A stretch of 64,000 nt of DNA, from contig OY969811.1 in the NCBI GenBank assembly GCA_963703315.1, positions 2,112,001-2,176,000 of the forward strand, in the 5' to 3' direction. Positions within the stretch are counted from its first letter, which is position 1. Each line of letters begins with the position of its first letter. The translations under genes and the position numbers were made by a program. Positions 1-8,096 of the stretch are shown here, piece by piece. Below the pieces are notes generated by a model. It was not told the origin of the DNA. It searched no databases and saw only the letters and a list, made by a program, of their open reading frames with translations. Source of the DNA: an uncultured cyanobacterium. Lineage in GTDB: Bacteria > Cyanobacteriota > Cyanobacteriia > Pseudanabaenales > Pseudanabaenaceae.

Positions 1-424
1 TGTCAAAGTGCGTCGGACTGAGCAGAAGTTTGACAAGGAAAAAGACAAGGTTACGAAGGAATACAGCAAATTTAAAGTTCGTCTGACGGGTTTGCTGCCA
101 ACTGATGCAGTTGGACAATTCTGGAGTGTTAATGTTCAGCGTCAAGGAGATGTTTTGACGATCATTGACGGTGAATTTATTGGCATCGTGCCTTATAAGG
201 GTAAGCGCCGACCACAGTCTAAGGGTGGTCGTCCTAGCGGTGGTGGTAAGTTTGCTCCACGGAAATATGGTGTCGATCGCCCCTATAGCGATCGACCATT
301 CAAGCCATCGTACTCAAATGATGGTGGTGATGGTTCTATTTATCCACCACGTCCAAGATTTTCTGAAGATCGTCCACCTGTTCCTAAACCATTAATTAAG
401 CGCAAAGATCCTACTGATAGCTAA
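1..424 (+). CDS. Hypothetical protein, 5'-truncated by the window edge; Gly/Pro/Arg-rich C-terminal tail
   Basis: Frame is open from the window start (GTC AAA GTG CGT...) to the TAA at 422-424 and is followed by a terminator-like hairpin. Confidence 0.7.
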   Translation, partial: VKVRRTEQKFDKEKDKVTKEYSKFKVRLTGLLPTDAVGQFWSVNVQRQGDVLTIIDGEFIGIVPYKGKRRPQSKGGRPSGGGKFAPRKYGVDRPYSDRPFKPSYSNDGGDGSIYPPRPRFSEDRPPVPKPLIKRKDPTDS

Positions 425-460
425 AAAAATAAGCTCTCGCATTGCGAGAGCTTATTTTTT
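424..460. terminator. Bidirectional intrinsic terminator-like hairpin
   Basis: aaaaaataagctctcgc-att-gcgagagcttatttttt between convergent genes, with A/T tracts on both sides. Confidence 0.7.
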
Positions 461-472
461 TAAGAGAGGCTC

Positions 473-982
473 TTAAGGTTGTAATACCATGCTCCATTCT
501 TTGTTTTGGCTATCCCAAAAGGGAGCATCAGTTTCACCGACAATATTGGGTCCCCAATAGGTGCGGGAGCCATCAGTGGCAAAGGCAAAAATCACATCAC
601 CTTTACCGATCGCGATTTTATAATTTGGCAAAGATAGTAACAAGCCCTCTTTACCACCTTCATTGGGCGCAAAGTCCCAATTTAGAGGCTCGATCGCTTG
701 CCATTCATTTTGGGACGTAACTCGTGAAAATAGGACAATCCGCACGGAGCGATCGGTACGATTACCAACACGTAGACTGCCAATACTTTCACCATCATTG
801 AGACTGGGGCGTGTAAAAGTAGCAGGTAAGGGCGGCACGATTACCTTAGCTGTTTCCACATTTTCGGGAAGATCACGGGGGGGATGCGGAGTCAAACGTT
901 GCCATAGAGAAACGCCTGTCAAGGCGACTAGCATTCCCAGACACATCGAATAAGCATATTTGACATCAAGAGTCGGTATCAC
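473..982 (-). CDS. Hypothetical protein with N-terminal membrane anchor
   Basis: 169-aa ORF; hydrophobic N-terminal segment (CLGMLVALTGVSLW) and Pro-rich linker; start codon uncertain. Confidence 0.7.
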   Translation of the reverse strand: MIPTLDVKYAYSMCLGMLVALTGVSLWQRLTPHPPRDLPENVETAKVIVPPLPATFTRPSLNDGESIGSLRVGNRTDRSVRIVLFSRVTSQNEWQAIEPLNWDFAPNEGGKEGLLLSLPNYKIAIGKGDVIFAFATDGSRTYWGPNIVGETDAPFWDSQNKEWSMVLQP

Positions 983-1158
983 AGCTTAGTTTTTGATGTT
1001 GATATTTTTATTTTATGCTCTCTGATTTAAAAATCAAAAATTACACCCTAATTTTTTAGGATTGTCAGATGGTTATTGCAAGCATTCGCCTAATGATTGC
1101 AATAACCTTTAAATTGTTGCCATAACTAACAAATTTTTTCTCAAACTCTCTTGGCTTA

Positions 1159-1815
1159 TTAACCTTTCTCGCGAGCGATCGCTACGCCATGAGATGTTCC
1201 CAAGCGAGTTGCTCCTGCATTAATTAAGGCGATCGCTTGCTCTCTCGTCCGAATGCCCCCTGAAGCCTTAACTCCCACCTTGCCTCGTGATACCTCTTTG
1301 AGAAATTTCACCATTTCTACCGTTGCGCCCCCTGCCCAGCCTGTACCCGTTTTTAAAAAGGCAACGCCTGCATCGAGACAGATTTCTGCTGCTAGTTCTT
1401 GTTCATCGGGAGTGAGTAAGCTCAGTTCTAAAATGGCTTTTACGGGCTTCCCTGATTCCTCACAGATTTGAGCAATATCTTGATGCAATAAATTCGTTTG
1501 TCCAGATTTGAGCCAACCAAAATTGATGACGACATCTAATTCCGTTGCCCCATTTTCCACTGCTTCCATTGCTTCATAAAGCTTAACGTTTGAAGTGGTT
1601 GCCCCACTAGGAAAACCAATCACCGTACAAATTTCTACCTTAGTCTTGAGGAGTCGTTCCGTTACGCGCTTGACGTTGCAAGGATAAACACAGACACTAG
1701 CAAACCCAAAGCGATCGGCTTCTTCACAAACACGATCTACCTGTTCATCGCTAGCAGCAGGATCTAACAATGCGTAATCAATATATGGGACGGGATCGAT
1801 ATCATTTTGAAGCAT
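1159..1815 (-). CDS. deoC: Deoxyribose-phosphate aldolase
   Basis: Motifs [42 protein letters not shown] at 1815 preferred over GTG at 1827. Confidence 0.95.
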   Translation of the reverse strand: MLQNDIDPVPYIDYALLDPAASDEQVDRVCEEADRFGFASVCVYPCNVKRVTERLLKTKVEICTVIGFPSGATTSNVKLYEAMEAVENGATELDVVINFGWLKSGQTNLLHQDIAQICEESGKPVKAILELSLLTPDEQELAAEICLDAGVAFLKTGTGWAGGATVEMVKFLKEVSRGKVGVKASGGIRTREQAIALINAGATRLGTSHGVAIAREKG

Positions 1816-1959
1816 AAAACTATACACACTTAGGCAAGCAAGAGGTTACATTGGTGATTAGTGCCTATAACTTCTTATAATTACTTATTCAGAGTCATTT
1901 CTCTCGACATATTCTCGACATATCAAATCTAAGTAAATATTAACAAATATTAAGTAAGT

Positions 1960-2985
1960 ATGCATATTTCCGAATTAGATGAACTAGAAGCTTCAGTTAG
2001 CGATTTGCTGACCATGGCAAAGGTGGAGTTAGAACAAAATCGTCTACAACAACAACGCGATCGCCAAATTCAAGAAGCAGTAGCCCAAATTGAAGCAAGA
2101 TTAAAACCATTGCTGGCAAAAGTTGAACAGATGCTACAAGAATATGATCGTGAAGGTGGTAGCCCTAACAGTGAGACTAGGCAAAGGCTAGAAAAGAAGG
2201 CGGCGGATATTCGGCAAGAAATAGCCGAGGCTCCTAACCTTGCCTCACAACTCGCAGATCGCCAATTGATCTTGAGCGAAGAAAGACTACTAGACGAACG
2301 AATAACAGAACAAACGGCTCAATGGCGACAGGAATTAAAGGCTGATCTATTGGAGATGATCGAAGAACAAAATGATTTCTTTAGTGCTACCGATGCCTCG
2401 ATCGCCGTACGGGGATATGCCAATGATTTAAAAGCGATCGGTTCTCTCGAAGAAGTAGTTGAGGCACTGATCAATCAAATAAACTCTCACAGTGAAGAAG
2501 GTCCTGTTGCCCGCTTGCGTGGTAGCCATGAACAAACACTAACATTCATTTACAATAAGGCTCTCGAAAATCGCTCTCGCGTTGATCGCGCCCCTGATGT
2601 GCAGCCTAACGCCAGACACCGCAAATCGGAAAAACGCCCAGCTTTGTATACTGATCTCAGTGGTAAGGTGTTGGTCTTTGGTGGACACGATCGCTTGCAA
2701 ACGGCAGTTAAAAACAGATTGCGTGATTCGGCAATTAATTTAATGTGGTACACCGAACAAGATGGCTTACAGCTTGCGGCACAGGGCGAGAGTCAAATTG
2801 CAGGTGGTGATCTCATTATTATTGTGACGGGTTATGCCAGCCACTCACTTACAGAACGTGCGATCGAGGCTTGTCGTCGGGCAAATAAAACCTATGAGAT
2901 TGTAAATACCACAGGTATGACCAGACTCCTTGAAGTCATCGAATCGGGACTAAAAGCAAAACAATTAGCACGTCATTGGAAATAA
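1960..2985 (+). CDS. Coiled-coil protein with C-terminal DUF2325-like domain
   Basis: Long helical N-terminus; C-terminal VLVFGGH...DLIIIVTGYASHSL pattern typical of DUF2325. Confidence 0.7.
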   Translation: MHISELDELEASVSDLLTMAKVELEQNRLQQQRDRQIQEAVAQIEARLKPLLAKVEQMLQEYDREGGSPNSETRQRLEKKAADIRQEIAEAPNLASQLADRQLILSEERLLDERITEQTAQWRQELKADLLEMIEEQNDFFSATDASIAVRGYANDLKAIGSLEEVVEALINQINSHSEEGPVARLRGSHEQTLTFIYNKALENRSRVDRAPDVQPNARHRKSEKRPALYTDLSGKVLVFGGHDRLQTAVKNRLRDSAINLMWYTEQDGLQLAAQGESQIAGGDLIIIVTGYASHSLTERAIEACRRANKTYEIVNTTGMTRLLEVIESGLKAKQLARHWK

Positions 2986-3026
2986 TTATTTTTGCCGCGC
3001 TTGGCGCGGCAAAAAATTAAGATCTT

Positions 3027-3299
3027 ATGGATAAACAAACTTTTAAAACACTAACTGCTGTTGACATTGATCGCATTGTCGAGATGGCATGGGAAGATCG
3101 CACCAGCTTTGATACGATTTACGACCAATTTGGCATTTCTGAGGCAGAAGTGATTAAAATCATGCGTAAGTCAATGAAACGCTCGTCATTTCTGATGTGG
3201 CGAGAACGGGTAAGCGGTCGTAAAACTAAACACGCGAAGACTTCTGAGGCGCAAAGATTTCGTTGTAGTCAGCAAGATAAATTTAAGTCTAAAAATTAG
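3027..3299 (+). CDS. TIGR03643/DUF2805 family protein
   Basis: DRIVEMAWEDRTSF...SFLMWRERVSGRKTKH signature. Confidence 0.85.
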   Translation: MDKQTFKTLTAVDIDRIVEMAWEDRTSFDTIYDQFGISEAEVIKIMRKSMKRSSFLMWRERVSGRKTKHAKTSEAQRFRCSQQDKFKSKN

Positions 3300-3336
3300 C
3301 CCTCACCCCCAACCCCTCTCCCGCAGGAGAGGGGAG
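3299..3336. repeat. C-rich small dispersed repeat of the CCCTCACCCCCAACCCCTCTCCC type
   Basis: gccctcacccccaacccctctcccgcaggagaggggag with internal cccctctcc/ggagagggg hairpin. Confidence 0.55.
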
Positions 3337-3380
3337 AAAATAGCGGAAGGGGACTAACTCTGAAACGAGAGGTAATTTTT

Positions 3381-6275
3381 ATGCGTTCAGTTGGTAACTT
3401 TTTAGGTGTGGCAGTAGCCCTAACAATCATTGGTATACCAATGATCACGCTGCCAAAATTAGAATTTTTAGAATTTAGCGCGATCGCCCAATCATCAAAC
3501 GATCTGCGAACTCAGCAAATTACAGAGGCGGTTTATCTCAAACAATCGGGCTACGATCGCCTACTTAAAGCTGATCCTCAAGGGGCGATCGCGGATTTAC
3601 AAAAGGCTTTAGAACTCTTTCGCAAGTGGAACGCGACAGGTGGTGAACGTGACACTCTGAATTTTTTGGGAGATGTGTATTTAACAACGGGGCAGTATGA
3701 CAAAGCGATGCCCTATTTTCAGCAAGCTTTGAAAATTGCCAAAGATATTGCTAAATCCCCCGATGGTGATCCTGTAGATGTGGGTTATACCTTGCAATAT
3801 ATTGCTGATGTCCATGATAAGCAGCGTCAGTACGAGCAAGCTTTACCCGTTTATCAACAGGCTCTCGATATTTTTCGCGATCGCTTAAAAGCCAAAAAAG
3901 GCGATCGCGAATCTTTGCAAACTAGCGAAAGTGTCACCCTTTCAAGAATGGCTTCGATCTATTTCAAATCTGCCCAATACGATCAGGCTTTGGCAAGTTA
4001 TCAACAAATGTTACCTAGTGCCATTGAGCGCAAAGATATCATTGGCAGAGTCCAGACTTTAAATAATATTGGTGTGATCTATGCCAATCAAACCCAATAT
4101 GCTCAAGCCTTAGAATCCTACGAGCAATCCTTAGCATTAGTCCGCACCCTCTGTTGTTATCGTGGCGATGAAGCAGCAATTCTCAATAATTTGAGCGCTT
4201 TGTATTTTAGTCTGGGACAGAATCGCCGCGCTCTAGAGTTAGCGGATCAGGGGACTAAAATCTATTTCAAGTTAAATACGGAAAATTTTTCAGGATTGCA
4301 AAAAACTGAAATTGAACTGCTCCATGATGTCTTAGGTGAGGATAATAGCAATCCCACGCTGACAAGTCGCGGCTTATCGGTACGCGCCACAGTGGGTGAC
4401 ACTGCCGATAATAATGTCACCGTCAAGGCAGGACAAGCCAATAATCTCAATAATCTTGCCCAACTCTATAGCAATAGCGGCAAATATAAGGAAGCGATCG
4501 CTCTGTTCCAGAAAGCCAAAACTATCTATCAAGATATTGGTAATGATTTAGGAATTGGGATTACCCTCGATAATATCGGTAGTACCTATGCCCGATTAGG
4601 ACAAACAGAACAATCTATTTCTTTCCATCAACAAGCGTTGACGCAATATGAGAAAGTTGGTGATCGCGCAGGTATTGGTGTGGCATTGAGTAATCTCGGT
4701 CGTGCCTATACCAATACGGGCAAGCAATCGGAGGCGATTACTGCTTATCAAAAAGCACTAAATATTGCTAGAGAAGTTCGCGATCGCAGTACTGAAGCCG
4801 TAGTACTCGCAAATATTGGTGATTTATTAACGCAACAAAAACAGATTGAACTGGCGATCGCCTTTCTCAAGAATTCAGTAAATGTGCGCGAATCGATTCG
4901 TCAATCAATCCGTATGCTACCTCGCGAAGATCGGGCGGCTTACAAACAAAGTGTTTCCTATACCTATCGCAATCTTGCCAAGCTTCTGTTACAACAAAAT
5001 CGGATTAATGAAGCGATTCAAATTCTCGATCTCTTAAAAGTTCAAGAACTTCAGGACTATTTGCGCGATGTTAAAGGGAATGATCGCACCTCTGCGGGAA
5101 TTACCCTCTTTGCACCTGAGCAATTGGTAATTAATGCTGATATCAAGTCTTTAATTAATGGCTCCCCTTTAACTGCTCAAATTCAGCAAGCTGCTACCCA
5201 ACAAGAAAGTAGTCTCACCACCTCGCGATCGCTATTGGCAAATGTCCAGAAATTTGGTGATCGGGCGGCTCTCTTCTATCCATTACTATTTGAAGATCGA
5301 TTATTTTTAGTACTGCTACCTGCGAAGTCTGCACCAATTCTGCGTTCTATTGCGATGCAGCCGCAAGAGTTTACCAAATTGTTAGTGAGCTTTCGTGCCG
5401 ATTTACAGGATGCAAGCTCCAGTGATGTTAAAGAGTCTTCTGCTCAACTGTATCAATATCTGATTAAACCCATCGAAGCCGATCTCAAGACTGCCAATAT
5501 TGAACTACTGCTTTATGCTCCCGATGGTCAGATGCGTTATATTCCCCTTGCCGCTTTGTATGATGGCAAACAATGGCTGATCGAGCGCTATAGCTTTAAT
5601 TATCTGACCGCATCAGGATTTCTCGATTTACAAACCGTTGCTAAAGTCCCCCTGAAAGCGATCGCTGCTGCCTTTACTCAAGGTCAAGTCAAATTTGAAA
5701 TCGGCAATGAGAAATTCTCTTTTACAGGTTTACCCTTTGCTGGCAGAGAAATTGATAAAATTGCCGCAATTTTCCCCAACACCACCAAATTAGTGGACGG
5801 CTCCTTCAGTCATCGTGCCACAGTCTCCCAATTCGGTGAATATAATCTAATTCATTTAGCCACCCATGCCGCCTTTGTACGTGGCACACCTGAAGATTCC
5901 TTTGTGCTGATGGGTAATGGCGATCGCCTGAATTTGCGAGAATTACGCGAATGGAAGTTACCCAATACCCAATTAATCGTCCTTAGTGCTTGTCAAACAG
6001 CGATCGGTGGCGTGGTTGGCAGTGGTGAAGAGATTCTCGGTTTTGGCTATCAAATTCAGCGTACTGGCGCAAGGGCAGCGATCGCTTCTCTGTGGACGGT
6101 GAGTGATCAGGGAACACAATCACTGATGGGTAACTTCTATACACAGTTGCAGCAAGGTAAAAATGTTATCAATTCATTACGAGAATCTCAGCTTAGTCTA
6201 TTGCAATCCAAGCAAAGTGAATTTCAACATCCTTATTTTTGGTCAGCCTTCATTCTCATTGGCAATGGAAATTAA
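3381..6275 (+). CDS. TPR-repeat CHAT-domain (caspase-like) protein with N-terminal hydrophobic/signal segment
   Basis: Many TPR repeats (LNNIGVIY, LNNLAQLY); CHAT motifs IHLATHA, VLSACQT, ASLWTVSD, HPYFWSAF. Confidence 0.92.
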   Translation: MRSVGNFLGVAVALTIIGIPMITLPKLEFLEFSAIAQSSNDLRTQQITEAVYLKQSGYDRLLKADPQGAIADLQKALELFRKWNATGGERDTLNFLGDVYLTTGQYDKAMPYFQQALKIAKDIAKSPDGDPVDVGYTLQYIADVHDKQRQYEQALPVYQQALDIFRDRLKAKKGDRESLQTSESVTLSRMASIYFKSAQYDQALASYQQMLPSAIERKDIIGRVQTLNNIGVIYANQTQYAQALESYEQSLALVRTLCCYRGDEAAILNNLSALYFSLGQNRRALELADQGTKIYFKLNTENFSGLQKTEIELLHDVLGEDNSNPTLTSRGLSVRATVGDTADNNVTVKAGQANNLNNLAQLYSNSGKYKEAIALFQKAKTIYQDIGNDLGIGITLDNIGSTYARLGQTEQSISFHQQALTQYEKVGDRAGIGVALSNLGRAYTNTGKQSEAITAYQKALNIAREVRDRSTEAVVLANIGDLLTQQKQIELAIAFLKNSVNVRESIRQSIRMLPREDRAAYKQSVSYTYRNLAKLLLQQNRINEAIQILDLLKVQELQDYLRDVKGNDRTSAGITLFAPEQLVINADIKSLINGSPLTAQIQQAATQQESSLTTSRSLLANVQKFGDRAALFYPLLFEDRLFLVLLPAKSAPILRSIAMQPQEFTKLLVSFRADLQDASSSDVKESSAQLYQYLIKPIEADLKTANIELLLYAPDGQMRYIPLAALYDGKQWLIERYSFNYLTASGFLDLQTVAKVPLKAIAAAFTQGQVKFEIGNEKFSFTGLPFAGREIDKIAAIFPNTTKLVDGSFSHRATVSQFGEYNLIHLATHAAFVRGTPEDSFVLMGNGDRLNLRELREWKLPNTQLIVLSACQTAIGGVVGSGEEILGFGYQIQRTGARAAIASLWTVSDQGTQSLMGNFYTQLQQGKNVINSLRESQLSLLQSKQSEFQHPYFWSAFILIGNGN

Positions 6276-6285
6276 CTAACATGAT

Positions 6286-6323
6286 AGGATTGTTTCCCCG
6301 CCTTTGGCGGGGAAACAATCCTG
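6286..6323. repeat. Palindromic repeat family GATTGT..CCCGCC-TT(C/T)-GGCGGG..ACAATC
   Basis: Hairpin; related copies at 10870-10914 and 32023-32072. Confidence 0.75.
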
Positions 6324-6366
6324 TACTTCTTCATTATTTGAAAGTTACTAGCTTAATTGTATTCTT

Positions 6367-6470
6367 TAAGTAGCTCAGCATCGTTAAAACCCAAAACCAG
6401 AGCTTGTGCCGCCCGCGTAGCGGGCGGCACAAGCTTCTAGGTTTTAAGTTTACTTATGCCTAGCTACTTA
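6367..6470 (+). mobile_element. MITE-like element family A (104 bp, TAAGTAGCT termini, central GC hairpin)
   Basis: Terminal inverted repeats; inverted copy at 56739-56842 differing at 2 positions. Confidence 0.8.
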
Positions 6471-6475
6471 GTATG

Positions 6476-6582
6476 TAATACCAAAACTAAAAATGGCTAC
6501 GCCATTTTTAGTTTTGAAAACCCTTACTGGGTTTGGTTTTTAATTCACAAAAGTGTTGTCACACTTTCGTGAATTGGTATAA
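6476..6582 (+). mobile_element. MITE-like element family B (~105 bp, two internal hairpins, ATACCAA/TTGGTAT ends)
   Basis: Copies at 16073-16181, 45572-45760 (interrupted) and 48546-48617 (partial, inverted). Confidence 0.75.
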
Positions 6583-6691
6583 GGTTAGAAATCCGATTGA
6601 GATTAGAGGATCACTGTTGGGGGTTGGGAAAATAGGCGATCGCCCTGATCTCTCTAATTAAATATTTCCAAAAAATAAGGTTTTGTTGTAT

Positions 6692-6697
6692 TATAAT
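6692..6697 (+). promoter_or_regulatory. Putative -10 box of the tRNA gene
   Basis: TATAAT 17 nt upstream of the tRNA 5' end. Confidence 0.45.
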
Positions 6698-6714
6698 AAA
6701 CCGTGAAATTGTTT

Positions 6715-6788
6715 GGGCTAGTAGCTCAGTTGTATAGAGCAATCGCCTTCTAAGCGATCGGTCGATGGTTAGAGTCCATCCTAGCCTG
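6715..6788 (+). tRNA. trnR: tRNA-Arg (anticodon UCU), CCA not encoded
   Basis: Acceptor GGGCTAG/CTAGCCT, D stem GCTC/GAGC, anticodon stem ATCGC/GCGAT with loop CTTCTAA, T stem GATGG/CCATC. Confidence 0.92.
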
Positions 6789-6803
6789 TTCCTTATAAAA
6801 CCC

Positions 6804-6845
6804 TAAAAGCTGTGGCGCACGCGCAGCGTGCGCCACAGCTTTTAA
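6804..6845 (+). terminator. Palindromic repeat / terminator downstream of the tRNA
   Basis: taaaagctgtggcgcacgc-gca-gcgtgcgccacagctttta. Confidence 0.65.
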
Positions 6846-6958
6846 AAATGGTTATTAATTATACCAAGGTACTTACTATAAAATAGGTGATGGTCAAAAT
6901 TTGCTGATCGCTTATTTCATAATTTTATAGATTTACTTTTAGGATTCAATATTTAAAC

Positions 6959-8041
6959 ATGGGTAGTACATTCGGGCATTTATTTCGCGTCACGACATTT
7001 GGGGAATCTCACGGTGGGGGCGTGGGGGCAATCGTCGATGGATGTCCACCACAGCTTGAGCTTAGCGAAGCTGATATTCAAGTTGATCTCGATCGCCGTA
7101 AACCGGGGCAAAGCAAAATTGTGACTCCTCGCCGCGAAGACGATCGCGCCCAAATTTTGTCAGGAGTGTTTGAAGGCAAAACCCTTGGCACACCGATCAT
7201 GATTTTGGTGCAGAACAAAGATGCTCGTAGCCAAGACTATTCAGAAATGGCTGAAAAATTCCGTCCTTCCCATGCCGATGCTACCTATCAGGCAAAATAT
7301 GGCATTCGTAATTGGCAAGGCGGCGGCAGATCTTCGGCAAGGGAAACTATCGGTCGAGTTGCGGCGGGGGCGATCGCCAAGAAGATCCTCAAACAAGCCG
7401 CAGGTGTGGAAATTATTGCCTATGTGCGACAGGTCAAAGATTTAGTTGCCCCTGATATCGATCCGAATACTGTCACACTGGAGCAAGTGGAAAGCAATAT
7501 CTTGCGTTGTCCTGATGCTGTCATGGCAGAAAAAATGATTGACTTCATCGACAAAATTCGACGTGATGGGAACTCCGTTGGTGGCATTGTTGAATGTGTG
7601 GCGCGAAATGTTCCTGTGGGTTTAGGCGATCCTGTCTTTGATAAGTTGGAAGCGGATCTGGCGAAAGCGGTAATGTCTTTACCTGCTAGCAAAGGTTTTG
7701 AGATTGGATCAGGATTTGATGGTGTGCATTTAACTGGGCGTGAACATAACGATGAGTTCTATATGGATGGCGATCGCCTGCGTACACGCACCAATAATTC
7801 TGGCGGCATTCAAGGCGGTATTTCTAATGGAGAGAATATTATTCTGCGGGTTGCCTTTAAGCCAACAGCAACGATTTTGTTAGAGCAGAAAACGGTATCA
7901 GTTACAGGCGAAGATACCACGCTGACAGGTAGAGGTCGTCATGATCCCTGTGTGTTACCTCGTGCCGTGCCGATGGTGGAGGCGATGGTAGCTTTGGTAT
8001 TGTGCGATCGCTATCTCACTCAAAAAACAATTGCGCTTTAG
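6959..8041 (+). CDS. aroC: Chorismate synthase
   Basis: [30 protein letters not shown] motifs. Confidence 0.98.
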   Translation: MGSTFGHLFRVTTFGESHGGGVGAIVDGCPPQLELSEADIQVDLDRRKPGQSKIVTPRREDDRAQILSGVFEGKTLGTPIMILVQNKDARSQDYSEMAEKFRPSHADATYQAKYGIRNWQGGGRSSARETIGRVAAGAIAKKILKQAAGVEIIAYVRQVKDLVAPDIDPNTVTLEQVESNILRCPDAVMAEKMIDFIDKIRRDGNSVGGIVECVARNVPVGLGDPVFDKLEADLAKAVMSLPASKGFEIGSGFDGVHLTGREHNDEFYMDGDRLRTRTNNSGGIQGGISNGENIILRVAFKPTATILLEQKTVSVTGEDTTLTGRGRHDPCVLPRAVPMVEAMVALVLCDRYLTQKTIAL

Positions 8042-8050
8042 AAATAAGAG

Positions 8051-8090
8051 AAGAGTGATGTGCCGCACAAAGCGCAGCACATCACTCTTT
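8051..8090. terminator. Bidirectional terminator-like hairpin between convergent aroC and clpB
   Basis: aagagtgatgtgc...gcacatcactctt inverted repeat. Confidence 0.6.
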
Positions 8091-8096
8091 TAGGAC

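Noticed and set aside
1071..1107. Inverted repeat ggttattgcaa...ttgcaataacc as a specific operator
   Set aside because: Single occurrence just downstream of deoC; cannot be distinguished from a terminator or stabilising hairpin.
6715..6850. tRNA as an integration site for an island
   Set aside because: I found no duplicate of the tRNA 3' end in the window, and aroC follows directly.
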